Shown: positions 40,451-53,898, numbered from the stretch's first letter. The stretch: DNA of 64,000 nt from Octopus vulgaris (GCA_951406725.2 OX597842.1:1240001-1304000); one strand, 5' to 3'. A program made the numbers and translations. Notes: generated by a model from the sequence alone, not told the origin.

Positions 40451-40509
40451 AGACACCCTCCATCTCATGCAACATCAGCTGTAAACAAGAAAAATATTTA
40501 CTCTCCATA

Positions 40510-40695
40510 AGATCTTTAATTGCACTAATTAAAAGCTATTAAATTAATTGAGAGAGTTCCTGCTAAAACACAAAGTCTTTAAGAATTGTTCCAAACACCT
40601 TTTCGCTGATTCATCAGATTTCGTGCAAAGAATTCTGGGTAATTCTTGCTTTCCTAAACACTTTATAATAACACCATGGTTCACACTTTTCACCA
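40510..40695 (+). pseudogene. Decayed Penelope-like RT thumb fragment
   Basis: KHKVFKNCSKHLFADSSDFVQRILGNSCFPKHFI resembles the PLE pattern RA.KICS...L..EL..I...L..NGYP..FI. Confidence 0.5.
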
Positions 40696-40957
40696 GTTTC
40701 CCAACCACATTGTTCCAGGTTCAATCCGATGGCATGGTAACGTGGGCAAGTGTCTTCTACTATAGCCTTGGGCTGATCAAAGCCTTGTGAGAAATACTTA
40801 GGTGCAGGAGTGGCTGTGTGTTAAGCAGCTTGTTTACCAACCACATGGTTCTGGGTTCAGTCCCCCTGCATGGCACTTTGGGCAAGTGTCTTCTACTATA
40901 GCCTTGGGCTGACCAAAGATTTGTAATTTGGTAGACAGAAATAGAATGAAGCCCATC

Positions 40958-40988
<31 letters not shown>

Positions 40989-41331
40989 TTCAGATGAATA
41001 TGGTATTTAATTGGGGCCTTTCTCTTTCCCTTGGATAACATCATTGGTGTGGAGAGGAGAGAGCTGGTATGCATGGGTGACTGCTGATCTTCCATTAACA
41101 ACCTTGCTCAGATTTGTGCCTGGGAGGGTAACTTTCTAGGTGCAATCCCATGGTCAGTCATGACTGAAGGGGGTCTCAGCATATATATATATATACATAT
41201 ATATATATGTGTAAACAAGAGAGACAGAGAAAGGCAGAAACAAGGAAAATGTCACTTATATTTGAACACTATACAAATATTCCTTTAAAAAAACTTTTCT
41301 TTTGATTTTTCTAAATTTAATTATTTAATTG

Positions 41332-41374
41332 TTACAGTTGAAAAGGTCTCAAAATGACGAAACCAGTACTGAAA
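41332..41374 (+). ncRNA. Decayed minimal type I hammerhead motif
   Basis: ttaCAG-TTGAAAA-gGTC tcaaaat GAC-GAAAC-CAGTA-CTGaaa. Stems I and II are present, the core is mutated, and stem III is close to the ACCGGT palindrome. Confidence 0.5.
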
Positions 41375-41419
41375 TGTTCTTTATAAAATTATTTTAGCAT
41401 TTTCTATCTTGACTTGTTT

Positions 41420-41458
<39 letters not shown>

Positions 41459-42340
41459 GCTTCTTTCACTTTCCATCTACTATTCAGGGGCTTTGGTTGG
41501 CTCAAAGCTATAGTAGAAGACACTTGGCCAAGGTGCTACACAGTATGACTAAATCCAGAACCATGTTGTTGAGAAGCAAGCTACTTACCACACAGCCATA
41601 CCTGCACCTATGGTGGTGTATCTCAAGCAACACGGTATAGTATAGTAAGGCAACAGGGTAAAAGCGTTAGTAGGATCGGTTAAGAAAGTAAAGGAAAAGG
41701 ATAAGATATTGTAATCAGTTGAATGAATAATTATAATCCATGCAATCATCTCATCAGCACTTCATGTAGGAACCTAGTTAAAGTAGAATTCCATTAACTG
41801 AAGAGAAATTGGTTATACTCCAGTAGATTAAAAAGAGCAGCACTTTGCAAATCCATTATTTCATAACTCAGTTGTGGTTCAAATGATGATGTCTGAGGAA
41901 GTGGATGAATAACGATAACTTCATTTCATTTTACTGTATATAGCATATGTATTGTCTATTTTGCAAAACAGTATACATTAAAAACAAATGTTCATTAACT
42001 GAAACGATTGTAACATTGATTTGAATTTCTCTTTTTCATTCAAATTATTATCAATATATCTTTTATCTTGTTTCAAATCATTAGACTGTGGTCATGCTGG
42101 GGCAACACCTTGAAGAATTTTTTAGTTGAATCAATTAACGTCAACACTAATTTTCTTTTTAAGCCTGGTATTAGGCTGTGTGGTAAGAAGCTTGCTTCCC
42201 AACCACATGATTCCACATTCAGTCCTACAGTGTGGCCCCTTGAGCAAGTGTCTTCTAATATTACCTTGGACACATCAAAGCCTTGTGAGTGCATTTTATT
42301 GACGGAGACTGAAAGAAGTTTGTCATATATATATATAAAA

Positions 42341-43645
42341 ATAACAGTTGTTACCACCTCAACGTGGTTGTTCCATACACAGCATTGTTACTACTCTTTT
42401 TAACCCCAGGAGGACATCTCCTCCAGCTGGTTAATGACACACTATCTATATCCATTATATTGCAAACAAGGGAATAAACAACTCCCATCTGGCACTGACA
42501 GGAACCAACTGACCAGCTGGTTTCTGTGTATAACCCTTGTATCAAAGTGCTGTTATCTGCCTGTTGGCTCCTCTCCTGCAACTCAACTTGATTTTGAGCC
42601 GGGTCGTCTGCTGCTGGAGAAGACTGACCAAATAAAGGATTCTTCCTTTTTGCCTTCGGCCCAATGCGTCCATTCTGCCAATAAAGCACATGGAGTTCTG
42701 TTCTTGATTCGACAGTCATTCGGAATGCTCAAAGCAGCCATATTCCTACCGCTCAATGTCACGCTGGTGAGACCCATATTGGAGTACGGGATTCAAGCCT
42801 CTTCTCCTTATCTCCTCAAAGACATACATCATCTTGAAAGAGTCCAGAAGCTGGCTACCCACATGGTTCTTGGTCTCAAGCATTTGTCTTATGAAGAAAG
42901 GCTGAAGGCGCTCAACCTTTATTCTCTAGAAAAACGTCGCCGCCGTGGTGATCTCATTCTCGCTCACAACATCATAAGCAGAAAGTGTAACCTCTCCAAA
43001 GAGCTGTTCTTCACTCCTGCTCCAGAGCGTTGGCTGCGGGGTCACTCCGAAAAGCTCTATCTGCGACGATTTCATCTCAATCGAAGGAGAGGGGCTTTCT
43101 CCATCTGGGTTGCGGATCCATGGAATAAGCTGCCGGACGCGATAGTGAAGATGCCGACGACCGCTCGGTTCAAAGTCTCTCTTGACCAGAAATGGCCTGA
43201 ACTCTTTGCCTGAACACCCTCCCTGTACACAACTCCCTGTCCCCCTACATGGCCTTGCTTTTGCTTTTTGAGCCAATAAAAATTGAATTGAGTTGAACTG
43301 AAAAATCAGCACTGGCTACACCAGTCTGCTAGACATAGCAGTTGTTCCTCATAGTTTACAATACATAAATAAATAAGTGACACACAACCGCTGATTTTAC
43401 ATCAAGTAAAGTAGCTAGTGCTAAAATCTGTATATGAGATAGAGTTCCAAGGAAGGGTTATACCCAGAAACCAGCTTATCTATTGGCTCCTTTCAGTGCT
43501 TGATGGGAGGTGTTTGCTCCCTTCTTTGCAATATAACAGACACAGATAGAGTGTCCAGCAGGAGGAGATGTCCTCCTGGAGTTAAAAGGAGTAGTAACAA
43601 TGTTGTGTACAGAGCAACCATTTTGAGGTGGTCACAGCCATTAAT
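42341..43645. mobile_element. Long-TIR foldback/MITE element (~200-bp arms) containing a CR1 insertion
   Basis: 42341-42538 is a diverged reverse complement of 43453-43642 (CCAGGAGGACATCTCCTCC / GGAGGAGATGTCCTCCTGG). Confidence 0.8.
42635..43303 (+). mobile_element. 5'-truncated CR1-clade LINE with an open RT C-terminal frame
   Basis: ANKAHGVLFLIRQSF...LVRPILEYGIQASSPYLLKDIHHLERVQKLAT...LSYEERLKALNLYSLEKRRRRGDLI...LRGH. Stop at 43213, then an (AATTG)n-like tail. Confidence 0.92.
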
Positions 43646-43711
43646 TTTCGGTAGATTTAGTACTTGTATCTCTTATGGAGATTTTAGAAATAGCTACTTT
43701 GCTGAATATAT

Positions 43712-44315
43712 ACATGGCTGTGTGGTAAGAAGCTTGCTTAACAGCCTCATGGTTCAAGGTTCAGTCCCATTGTGTGGCACCTTGGGCAAGAGTCTTCTAC
43801 TATAGCCTCAGGCTAACTAAAACCTTGTGAGTGGATCTAGTGGACAGAAACAGAAAGAAGCAGCAAGCTGGCAGAATCGTTAGCACGCCAGGCGAAATGC
43901 TTAGCGGTATTTTGTCTGCCATTATGTTCTGAGTTCAAATTCCGCCGAGGTCGACTTTGCCTTTCATCTTTTGGGGTCGATAAATTAAGTAATTAAGTAC
44001 GCACTGGGGTCGATCTAATCGACTTAATGCCTTTGTCTGTCCTTGTTTGTCCCCTCTATGTTTAGCCCCTTGTGGGCAATAAAGAAATAAAAAACTGAAA
44101 GAAGCCCATTGTACATATGTTTATATTTGTGTGTTTGTGCTTGTCCCACCATCATCACTTGACAACCGATGTTGGTGTGTTTCTGTCCCCATAACTTAAC
44201 AGTTTGGCAAAAGAGACCGATAGAATAAGTACTAGGCTTACAAAGAATAAGTCCTGGGATAAATTCGTTTTCACAAAAGGTAGTGCTGCAGCATGGCCAC
44301 AAGTAAAAGAATAAA
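43712..44315 (+). mobile_element. CORE-like SINE with a nested MetaSINE-like SINE (43860-44090)
   Basis: AAAC(A/T)GAAAGAAG is duplicated on both sides of the insert. Confidence 0.85.
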
Positions 44316-45987
44316 AGGATATATATTTGTGTGTGTGTGTGTGTGTTTGTGTCTGTGTGTCCCCCACCACCACTTGACAACCAGAGTGTTGGCTTGTTTA
44401 CATCCCTGTAACTTAGCAGCTCAGCAAACGAGACTGACAGAATAAGTACCAGGTTTAACAAAAGAAAAAAAATAGGTATTGGGTGGTCAATTAATTCGAC
44501 TGAAACAAAATACTTCAAGGTGGTGCTCCAGTATGGCCACAGTCTAAGGACTGAAACAGCTAAAAGATACAAGATATGTACACACACACACACACACACA
44601 CACAAAGGATGTATTTTCGCAGCTGGAGCACTGGAACGGATTTGATGAGTTTTAGCCCTGGGTCAGTCCTGACCTGGGGTTCAACATCACAAACAAGAAC
44701 AACAACAGCAAAAGCACCTTGCACATCGCTAACAAAATCCAATTTTCTGTGCAATGTCCGATGCACTCAATAATGGGTTTGCCCTTCTTTGATTACTGTC
44801 GAATGCTTAATAATGTCGTGAACCAGAAGTGGCAGGGGAGGGGGGGAATAAAAAAGGGGAAAAAGAACTTGCTTAACAGTACAGGTTGTCCTCATTAAAA
44901 CTCATAATCATCATCACCATCATCGTTATCATCATCATCACCATCATTACTACAAATCACCGTCTTCATTAACATTATCATCACAGCTAATGTCATCATC
45001 ATCATCATCATCACTATCATCATCATCACCATCATCATCATCATAATCATATTCACTATCATCATCATCACCACCATCATCATCATCACAACCACCACCA
45101 TCATCATCATCATCATCACTATCATCATCATCGCCATCATCTTCATCATCATCATCATATTCACTATCATCACCACCATCATCATCGTCACCATCATCAT
45201 CATCATCACCACCACCATCACCATCTTCATTAACATCATCATCACAGCTAATGTCATCATCATCATCATGACCATCATCATCATAATCATTTTTACTATC
45301 ACCATCATCATCATCATCATCACCATCATCATCATCACCACCACCACCACCATCATCATTGAAATCTTCATTAACATCATCATCACAGCTAATGTCATCA
45401 TCATCATTATTATTACAACCACCACAACCACCCCCACCACCACCACCACAGTCATCATCATCATCATACACATCATCAGCAGCAGCAGCAGCATAAGCAT
45501 CATCATCATATTCCCCATCATCATTGCCACCACCACCACCACCACCACCACCACAATCATCATCATCATCGTTACCATTGCCATCATAATCATCATCATC
45601 GTTACTGCTGGTGGCAATGAGGATAGTAGCAATAATGATGATGATGATGATGATAATGAAATTAATGATGATAACGATGTCAATGTTGATCAGAGCCAAG
45701 GCCACCACAACCAACACCACAACCACCTTCATCATCATCACTGCTATTACTACCACCGTTATCATTATTGTTGTTGTCATCATCATGATCATCATCACCA
45801 CCACCACCACCATCACCACCATCGTCAGCATCACCATCACCATTATCATCATTATCCCCGCCCCCTACAGATTACCAATTTTTCACAGAATATTTAAAGT
45901 ACAACTTCACAGGAACACATTTCGCACTTGACTGATTCAATTAAAGAATTTTTTTCCATAAAGCAAAGTAATTATAATAATGATTTC

Positions 45988-46033
<46 letters not shown>

Positions 46034-46287
46034 TGATGATAATCGTTTCTACTATAGTCACATGGTCTGAAATTTCAGGTCGGGGGTTAGTTGATTACAT
46101 CAACCCCCAGTTGTCAACTGGTACTTATTTTATCGACCCCAGAAGGATGAAAGGCAAAGTTGACCTTGATGGAATTTGAACTCAGAACATAAAAGCAGAC
46201 GAAATGCCCTTAAGCATTTCGACCAGTGTGCTAACGATTCCACCAGCTCACCACCTTAATAATAATAATAATAAATAATAATAATTA

Positions 46288-46527
46288 ATGCCCTGATGCA
46301 GTACCAGGCAGTGGCTCTCATGGCTTCTGATCTTAACTGATTGGAAGTGTTATCATGTATATTGTTTTGTCTTGGTATAAAAGATGGGCTACAGCAAATA
46401 TTCTGCTCAATACCACGGATTTGCTTGTCAGTTGTTTGACCTTAACCAGTTGAGCATGTCCCCTTAGTGGCTGACGATATGTGCATCTCTGATCACGAGC
46501 AGAAGTAGTGGGAGAGCATCATAGCCA
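46288..46527 (+). mobile_element. 5' part of the (AAT)n-associated 560-bp element
   Basis: Matches 48745-48985. Confidence 0.88.
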
Positions 46528-47469
46528 AGACATTTAATGACGCTGTAAAGATTTCAGTGATTGCTTCAAGTTATCGTTATATCTGAGGAAAGGTCTTCCT
46601 TTACTGCGGTATCCCTCTGCTTGTTGGCCATAGAAAAAAAAAAAATTTCAGAATGGGTTCACCTTGTATTTGAACACTAGCAGTATTGCCCGGCTTATTC
46701 GCTCATGCATTCTATGCACGCGCGAATTAAGCTAACCTTGCATGAAATTCAATCAAAATTAAATTATTTTGGTTTTAAAATCAAGTATTTAATGCCCTCT
46801 ATTTTTGCGCTTATGTGTTCCATTTCCTCAATAGGAAGTACGTAGAAGCGTTTCATAAATTTTTGTTGATCAAATAATTGCATTGTTGACTTATTCTTTT
46901 AGATCAGTATTTCTCAACGGGGATTTCAGGGGAGAGTTTCAGGGAGTCGCTGGCGATGTATCGTGATGATCAAAAATCTGGCCTGCTAAAATTTGGTTAA
47001 AGTGATTCAAACTACAGACTCAACGCAAAATGGTCACATTTAATTCAAAGCGTTAAAAATGTTATGAAAACAATTGGTAGTCCAAACGATTAATACGAAA
47101 AAACCTTCCAGGCTACATCCTGAAAATTCATTTCTTTGCCGAATTTCTACAATGTTTACAGCGATTCGTTTTTATATCTTGATTTTTTATCTTTCATGCA
47201 ATTTACGCATGCTTGCACGTGTGGTGAACACAATTCACGTCAAACAGCTGACTGAGTAAAGTTCACTATTCAATGCATGGGATAAGGCCTAAACATTATC
47301 GATTTTTGCACTTGCGAGATGAATTTCGGAACAGAAATAGCGCAGTTCAATTTTCATTTGCCTAAACTTTAAGTGACCCATTTTTGGTGGTTCTACGATT
47401 TGTTGGCTAGGAGGAGATGTGCCGGGAAGTTAAACACGCAGACACACAAGTTGAGTTTTATATATATAG

Positions 47470-47840
47470 ATGTCTCACCTGTCTGCACTGAGTTCTCAAC
47501 AGTGTTTTTGATACTGGAGATATCACATTTTTCTAAATCTTTGATATTTGAAATCTTATTTTGCCATTAAATGTTGCAGATATTGCATAGACGGCACACG
47601 TGAAAGGTTTCCAGGTTAAAGGAGAGACATGTAACATCACATTGAACACACCTCACTAAACACTGCTTGTCATAGCTGACTGATTTTGCAGGTATGAAGA
47701 TAATATGGAAGCTCACAATGCAATAAAGTTTCTTGTTAAGCTGAGCAAAAAAGCTAAAGAAACTAATGAGATGCTCCAGGCTGCTTTTGGATCATTGTGT
47801 CTCAGTTGAGTATCTGGCTTTCACTGGCAGAAGAGTTTAC
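47470..47840 (+). pseudogene. mariner transposase N-terminal remnant
   Basis: From 47706: MEAHNAIKFLVKLSKKAKETNEMLQAAFGSLCLS*VSGFHWQKS, matching the mariner pattern IKF..KLGK.A.ET..ML..A.G...LS...VF.W.K.F. Confidence 0.7.
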
Positions 47841-47964
47841 AACAATGGTTCCCAAAGTGAGTGGTATTGCCCCCTGGAAGTGGTGGAAAGTTTCAAGGGG
47901 GTGTTGGAAGTGGGGTGATAATGGGGTAGTGATTCATGTAAAAACAACAGAATAATGGTGTTCT

Positions 47965-48142
47965 ATATTTAAGAGATGAGGCAGATATTTGTCCTCATCT
48001 TGTTAGTTGTTAACACAACGTTTATACCCTCCAGCCTTCATCAGGTGTCTTGGGGAAATTTCAAACCAAGGTTCTCATTCCTAAGATATTTTCCGATGTT
48101 ATTATTATTACTATTATTATTATTAATATTATTATTATTATT
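47965..48142 (-). mobile_element. Hammerhead-bearing tail of the tRNA-(AAT)n-HHR element
   Basis: Minus strand reads (AAT)n-...GACAC-CTGATGA-AGGCTGG...AAACGTT-GTGTT. The 3' strand of stem II is deleted. Matches 55169-55311. Confidence 0.8.
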
Positions 48143-48393
48143 ACTAGCACTATGACCCGGCGTTGCCGGATCATGATTGGGTTTTGGATAGAAAATTCAC
48201 AGAAAGTCACTTCTATTGATTTTTTAATGGCTTTGAGGGGTGACTGAGAAAATGTAAAGATGTGCACGACCACTCTTGGATGGTTTTGAATGACCATAGA
48301 AAGTGCAAGCCCTCTAACTGAAAAATTGTGGATTTGTATAAAGGATACACACACGCACACACACACATTTTGCCGTTTATATATATATAGAGA
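48143..48393 (+). mobile_element. Helitron/Helentron-associated non-autonomous element
   Basis: Starts ACTAGC..GACCCGGCGTTGCCGG (terminal hairpin) and ends (CA)n..TTTATATATATAGAGAT. A similar end lies at 47440-47471. Confidence 0.55.
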
Positions 48394-48463
48394 TTATTAT
48401 TATTGAGTGAGAGAGCAGAGAATGCCATCAAAGTGACACTGGAGTAAAATATACGAAGCCCAG

Positions 48464-48685
48464 AACATTTAGAAATATCAGCACTCATCTACCAACATGG
48501 CTGAAAAAGATTGGTGCAAGTGTGAAGGTCGAACACCTACAAAAATCCACATTGCTTGGAACTGCAAGAATTCTTCGCAGGGTTCTTCAAGCATGACCAG
48601 TAAACAAGTGTCACCTTAGTCTGCTGGATCTGGACAGCTGACACTTTCCATCATAACCAGCAAAATAAGCTGAGAGTTTTCATCA

Positions 48686-48743
<58 letters not shown>
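48464..48743 (+). mobile_element. R4/Dong-clade LINE 3' fragment (third family) with (AAT)n tail
   Basis: NISTHLPTWLKKIGASVKVEHLQKSTLLGTARILRRVLQA*. Confidence 0.82.
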
Positions 48744-48744
<1 letters not shown>

Positions 48745-49302
48745 GTGCCCTGATGCAGTACCAGGCAGTGGCTCTCATGGCTTCTGATCTTAACTGATTG
48801 GAAGTATTATCATGTACATTGTTTTGTCTTGGTATAAAAGATGGGCTACAGCAAATATTCTGCTCAATACCACAGATTTGCTTGTCAGTTGTTTGACCGT
48901 AACCAGTTGAGCATGTCCCTTTGTGGCTAACGATATGTGCATCTCTGATCACGAGCAGAAGTAGTGGGGGAGCATCATAGCCATGTGTTGAGAGGGATTC
49001 TTTGGAGGTTTGAATAATTCACCTTTGGAAACATGGGTGGTTCTTTCAACATCCTTAAACAATCCTTATTCAGGGACCTTTTGAGCGGGATGGGCTACTC
49101 AACCTGAAGAAAATTCTAACTGGTCCCCACCAGCAAGGTCATGTGCTGTTTATCTTGATATGAGATCACCATGTCGCACACATATGGTTGTGATGCATGT
49201 GCCTGGTGTACCTTTATCAGACGGGTAGACATGATGGGTATGTTGGGCTTCGTATATTTTACCCCAGTGTCACTTTGATGGCATGCACTGCTCTCTCACT
49301 CA
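48745..49302 (+). mobile_element. Complete ~560-bp (AAT)n-flanked non-coding element
   Basis: GTGCCCTGATGCAGTACC...CTCTCTCACTC between (AAT)n runs. A 3' half copy lies at 49560-49850. Confidence 0.9.
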
Positions 49303-50379
49303 ATAATAATAATAATAATAATAATAATTATAATAATAATAATAGTAATCTCAAGGTTTAAAAGAAACATAATTTTCGTTTTTTTTTTTTTTTTGACATT
49401 CACAAGTACAACATCAAAAAACCCCAAATATATGGTACACTAGGCATAACAACAACATGAACTTCCAACCTGTTGTCTCTTGAGGTCTCTGGGTGAGACT
49501 TGGAGCCAACTCGTACAAATATAAAGCAAAAGTCAAACATAGAATAATAATAATAATGGAATTTTGTGGGGTTTGAATAATTCACCTCTGGAAACATGGG
49601 TGTTTCATTTATCATGCTTAAACAAACCTTATTCAGGGACCTTTTGAGTGGGATGGGCTACTTAACCTGAAGAAAATTCTAACTGGGCCCCACCTGTAAG
49701 GTCATGCACTGTTTATCATGATATCATATCACCATGTCACACATATATTGTTGTGATGCATGTGCCTGGTGTATACCTGGTGGGTATACTGGGCCTTGTA
49801 ATGACACCTCAGTGTCACTTTGATGGCATGTACTGCTCTCTCACTGAATAATGATAATATTAATGATTTCTTTTATTGACCATAAGGGGCCAAAATATGG
49901 AAGACAATATTCATCATCATCATCATCATCATCATTTAGTGTCCGCTTTCCATGCTAGCATGGGTTGGACGGTTCGACCGGGGATCTTGGAAGCCAGAAG
50001 GCTGCACCAGGCTCCAGTCTGATCTGGCAATGTTTCTACAGCTGGATGCCCTTCCTAACGCCAACCACTCCGCGAGTGTAGTGGGTGCTTTTTACGTGCC
50101 AGGGGAGTCTGGCATCGGCCACGATCAGTTGGTGCTTTTAACGAGCCATTGGCACGGAAGCCAGTCAGGGCGGCACTGGCATCGGCCACATTTGGATGGT
50201 GCTATTTATGTGCCACCGGCGGGCCCAAAATATGAAAGACAATATTAAAGAATGAAATATAAGATACAAAACAGGTAAGGTTTTCATCAATCAAAGGGTG
50301 ACACACCAACATTAACACTCATAACAAAATGATATTTAAACAGAAATTAGAAAAATGAATAATAAATAAATGAATAAAT

Positions 50380-50915
50380 AGGCGCAGGAGTGGCTGTTTG
50401 GTAAGTAGCTTGCTAACCAACCACATGGTTCCAGGTTCAGTCCCACTGCGTGGCATCTTGGGCTAGTGTCTTCTGCTATAGCCCCCAAAGCCTTGTGAGT
50501 GGATTTGGTAAACGGAAACTGAAAGAAGCCAGTCGTGTTTATATATATATATGTATGTATATGTTTGTGTGTCTGTGTTTGTCCCCCTAGCATTGCTTGA
50601 CAACGGATGCTGGTGTGTTTACATCTCTGTCACTTAGTGGTTCAGCAAAACAGACCGATAGAATAAGTACTGGGCTTACAAAGAATAAGTCCTGGGGTTG
50701 ATTTGCTCGACTAAAGGCGGTGCTCCAGCATGGCCACAGTAAAAATGACCGAAACAAGTAAAAGAGTAAAAGAGAAAAGAGACCGATAGGATAAGTACTG
50801 GGCTTACAAAGAATAAGTCCTGGGGTCGATTTGCTCAATTAAAGGCGGTGCTCCAGCATGGCCGCAGTCAAATGACTGAATCAAGTAAAAGAGTAAAAGA
50901 GAGTAAAAGAGTAAA
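50380..50915 (+). mobile_element. CORE-like SINE with a duplicated tail
   Basis: Head, body and two tails are present. Confidence 0.88.
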
Positions 50916-51244
50916 TAGAATCGTCCACTTAGGGTAATTCTGAGTAAAACCCTACACAAAATTCCTGCCATCCCCAAGGCATGGAAAAGTGCCCTCTTTC
51001 AGTTTCTTTCTTTTGTCTTAGAAAAGCTTACTCTGAGTATATCCCTTTTGCCTCTCCAGTCTTGCCAGTCTTGTCCACTTTTTGATAAACACACCAGAAG
51101 GCAGCATCTCTAGTTCTCTACCCTCAGCTTCCTCTTCAAATGATATTTGAAGAAACTGATGAGGGCTTGACCAGGTAGGAAAGTGCCTGTCACCAAACCT
51201 TTCAGATGGGTCCACCAAAGAACTTCTTTTGCCAAATAAGCATT

Positions 51245-51458
51245 CTTTTATTCTTTACTTGTTTCAGTCATTTTGACTGTGGCCATGCTGGAGCACTGCC
51301 TTCAGTTGAGCAAATCGACCCCAGGATTTATTCTTTGTAAGCCTAGTACTTATTCTATTGATCTCTTTTGCCGAACTGCTAAGTTACAGGGACGTAAACA
51401 CACCAGCATCGGTTGTCAAGCGATGTTGGGGTGACAAGTACAGATACACAAACACATG

Positions 51459-51506
<48 letters not shown>

Positions 51507-51925
51507 TATATATGACGGTGAGCTGGCAGAGACGTTAGCGCACCGGGCAAAATGCTTAGCAGTATTTCGTCTGTCGTTACGTTCTGAGTTCAAATTCCGC
51601 CGAAGTTGACTTTGCCTTTCATCCTTTCAGGGTTGATAAATAGAGTACCAGTTACACACGAGGGGCGATGTAATCGACTTAATCCCTTTGTCTGTTCTTG
51701 TTTGTCTCCTCTATGTTTATCCCTTGTGGGCAATAAAGAAATATATATGTACATATATACGACGGGCTTCTTCAGTTTCCATCTACCAAATCCACTCACA
51801 AGTCTTTGGTTGGCCTGAGGCTATAGTAGATGGCACTTTCCCAAGGTGCCTTACAGTGGGACTGAACCTGGAACCATGTGGCTGGTAAGCAAGCAAACTT
51901 ACCACACAGCCACTCCTGCACCTAT
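51245..51925 (-). mobile_element. CORE-like SINE with a nested MetaSINE-like SINE (51516-51742, +)
   Basis: ACATATATA(T/C)GACGG is duplicated on both sides of the insert. Confidence 0.85.
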
Positions 51926-52481
51926 ATTGTTTAAATATTCCATAAAAGTGAGATAAGTGATAAAGCAGTTTTGTATTCTATTACTTTTGGAGTAACTTAG
52001 ACACATGTGAGGAAGACTGCTTCAGATCAAACGACAAACGACTTTGCCTTCATCATCATCAATACTCTCATCAGCATCATCACCATCACCATCACCATCA
52101 TCATCATCATCGTTGTCACGATCATAATCATCGTTGTCATCATCATCACCACCAACATCACCACAATTACCAACATCATCATCATCATTGTCACAAGCAT
52201 CATCACCACCCCAATCACCATCATCATCGTCATGATCAACCTGAAACATCATCATCATCATCATCTTCATCATCATCAGCATCATACAAACCTCAAACAT
52301 CATCATAATTAGTTTCCATCACCATCATTGCCACCATCATCATCACTATTATACTAATCATTATTCTTATGATCACCGCCTCCATCACCACCATCATTAT
52401 CGAAGGCATCATTACACCATCATCATCATCATGTTTTGTCCTCATTATCATTTTCGCAATTATCGATTTCATTGTCACCGA

Positions 52482-52537
<56 letters not shown>

Positions 52538-52571
52538 CTGTCACATCTTCTCTTACCAGTGATTCCATCAA

Positions 52572-52624
<53 letters not shown>

Positions 52625-52992
52625 CTGCCACCATGACTACCATGAACTACGCCACGACCACGACCACTGCCACCACCATCATCACCCCCACTGCCACCGC
52701 CCCTATCATCACCACCATCTCCACTACCACCACGACCACTGCCAACACCATCACCACCATTGCCACCACCACCACCACTTCCACTACGAACATCTCATAA
52801 TACCACTACCACCACCACCATCATCATCATTATCACTGCAGCTACTCCACAGAGATTGTTCTAGACAGTCACTCCCCACCCGCTCTAGTCTGCCGCCACC
52901 CTCTACTCCACCAGTGATTCAATTTTCTTCAAAAATGTAATCTTCTTTGAAGATGTCGAAGTGTCATTTGTGATATATATATTGATACTGTG

Positions 52993-53035
<43 letters not shown>

Positions 53036-53194
53036 AGGTAGATAGAGAGAGAGAGAGCAAGACAGAGACAGAAAAAGAGAGGTAGAGATAGGTACATATA
53101 TATACATATATGTATGTATATACACACACGCACAGAAAAAGAGAGGTAGAGATAGGTAAATATATATATATATATACATATATGTACATATATG

Positions 53195-53236
<42 letters not shown>

Positions 53237-53287
53237 TACATATATATATATGTATGTATATATATATATATAATATATAAATGTATG

Positions 53288-53339
<52 letters not shown>

Positions 53340-53426
53340 AGTGTATATATACACACACACATATGCATATACACATATATATTCATATGTGTATACATAT
53401 ATATGTACATATGTATGTATACATAT

Positions 53427-53463
<37 letters not shown>

Positions 53464-53898
53464 CATATATGTGTATATGTATATATATATACACACCCAC
53501 ATACATGTGTGTGGGAGTGTATATATATATATATATACACACTCACATATATGATATAAATACATATGCACACGCATATATGTATATATACATACTTCAA
53601 TGTTTATGTTCATGTATATTCTTACACATGTATATATATACATATATGCCCATAATTTATTTTACACACACATGCACATCTGTGTGTGCATGTATGCAAG
53701 AGTATATATGCATGTGTACATGTGTGTGTGTTTATTAACCTGTATGCCATGCAGAACTTCTGGCAGCAATAGACAATCTGGAGAAACTTCACAATTAACC
53801 GATAAATGCAATTTACCCATGAACAGACAACTTACAGTCTACTTAGATTTTGGTGTTTTCACTATATCTGCCTATCTATCTGTTTGTTTCTCTCTCTC

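Noticed and set aside
41790-41880. CTGAAGA...ATAACTCAGTT as another hammerhead
   Set aside because: The GAAA box is missing and stem I is weak, so it is too degenerate to call.
42434-43213. 259-aa ORF as a host gene
   Set aside because: It is a chance in-frame fusion of MITE arm sequence to a truncated CR1 RT tail.
48745-48810. Ribozyme at the 5' end of the 560-bp element (CCTGATGCAG)
   Set aside because: CTGATG is not followed by A, there is no suitably placed GAAA, and I could only form a simple hairpin rather than an HDV or hammerhead fold.
48940-48975. U1 snRNA-like words (TGATCACGA, GTAGTGGGGGA) in the 560-bp element
   Set aside because: Two short words that lie far apart in U1 are adjacent here, with no 5' ACTTACCTG or Sm site; probably chance.
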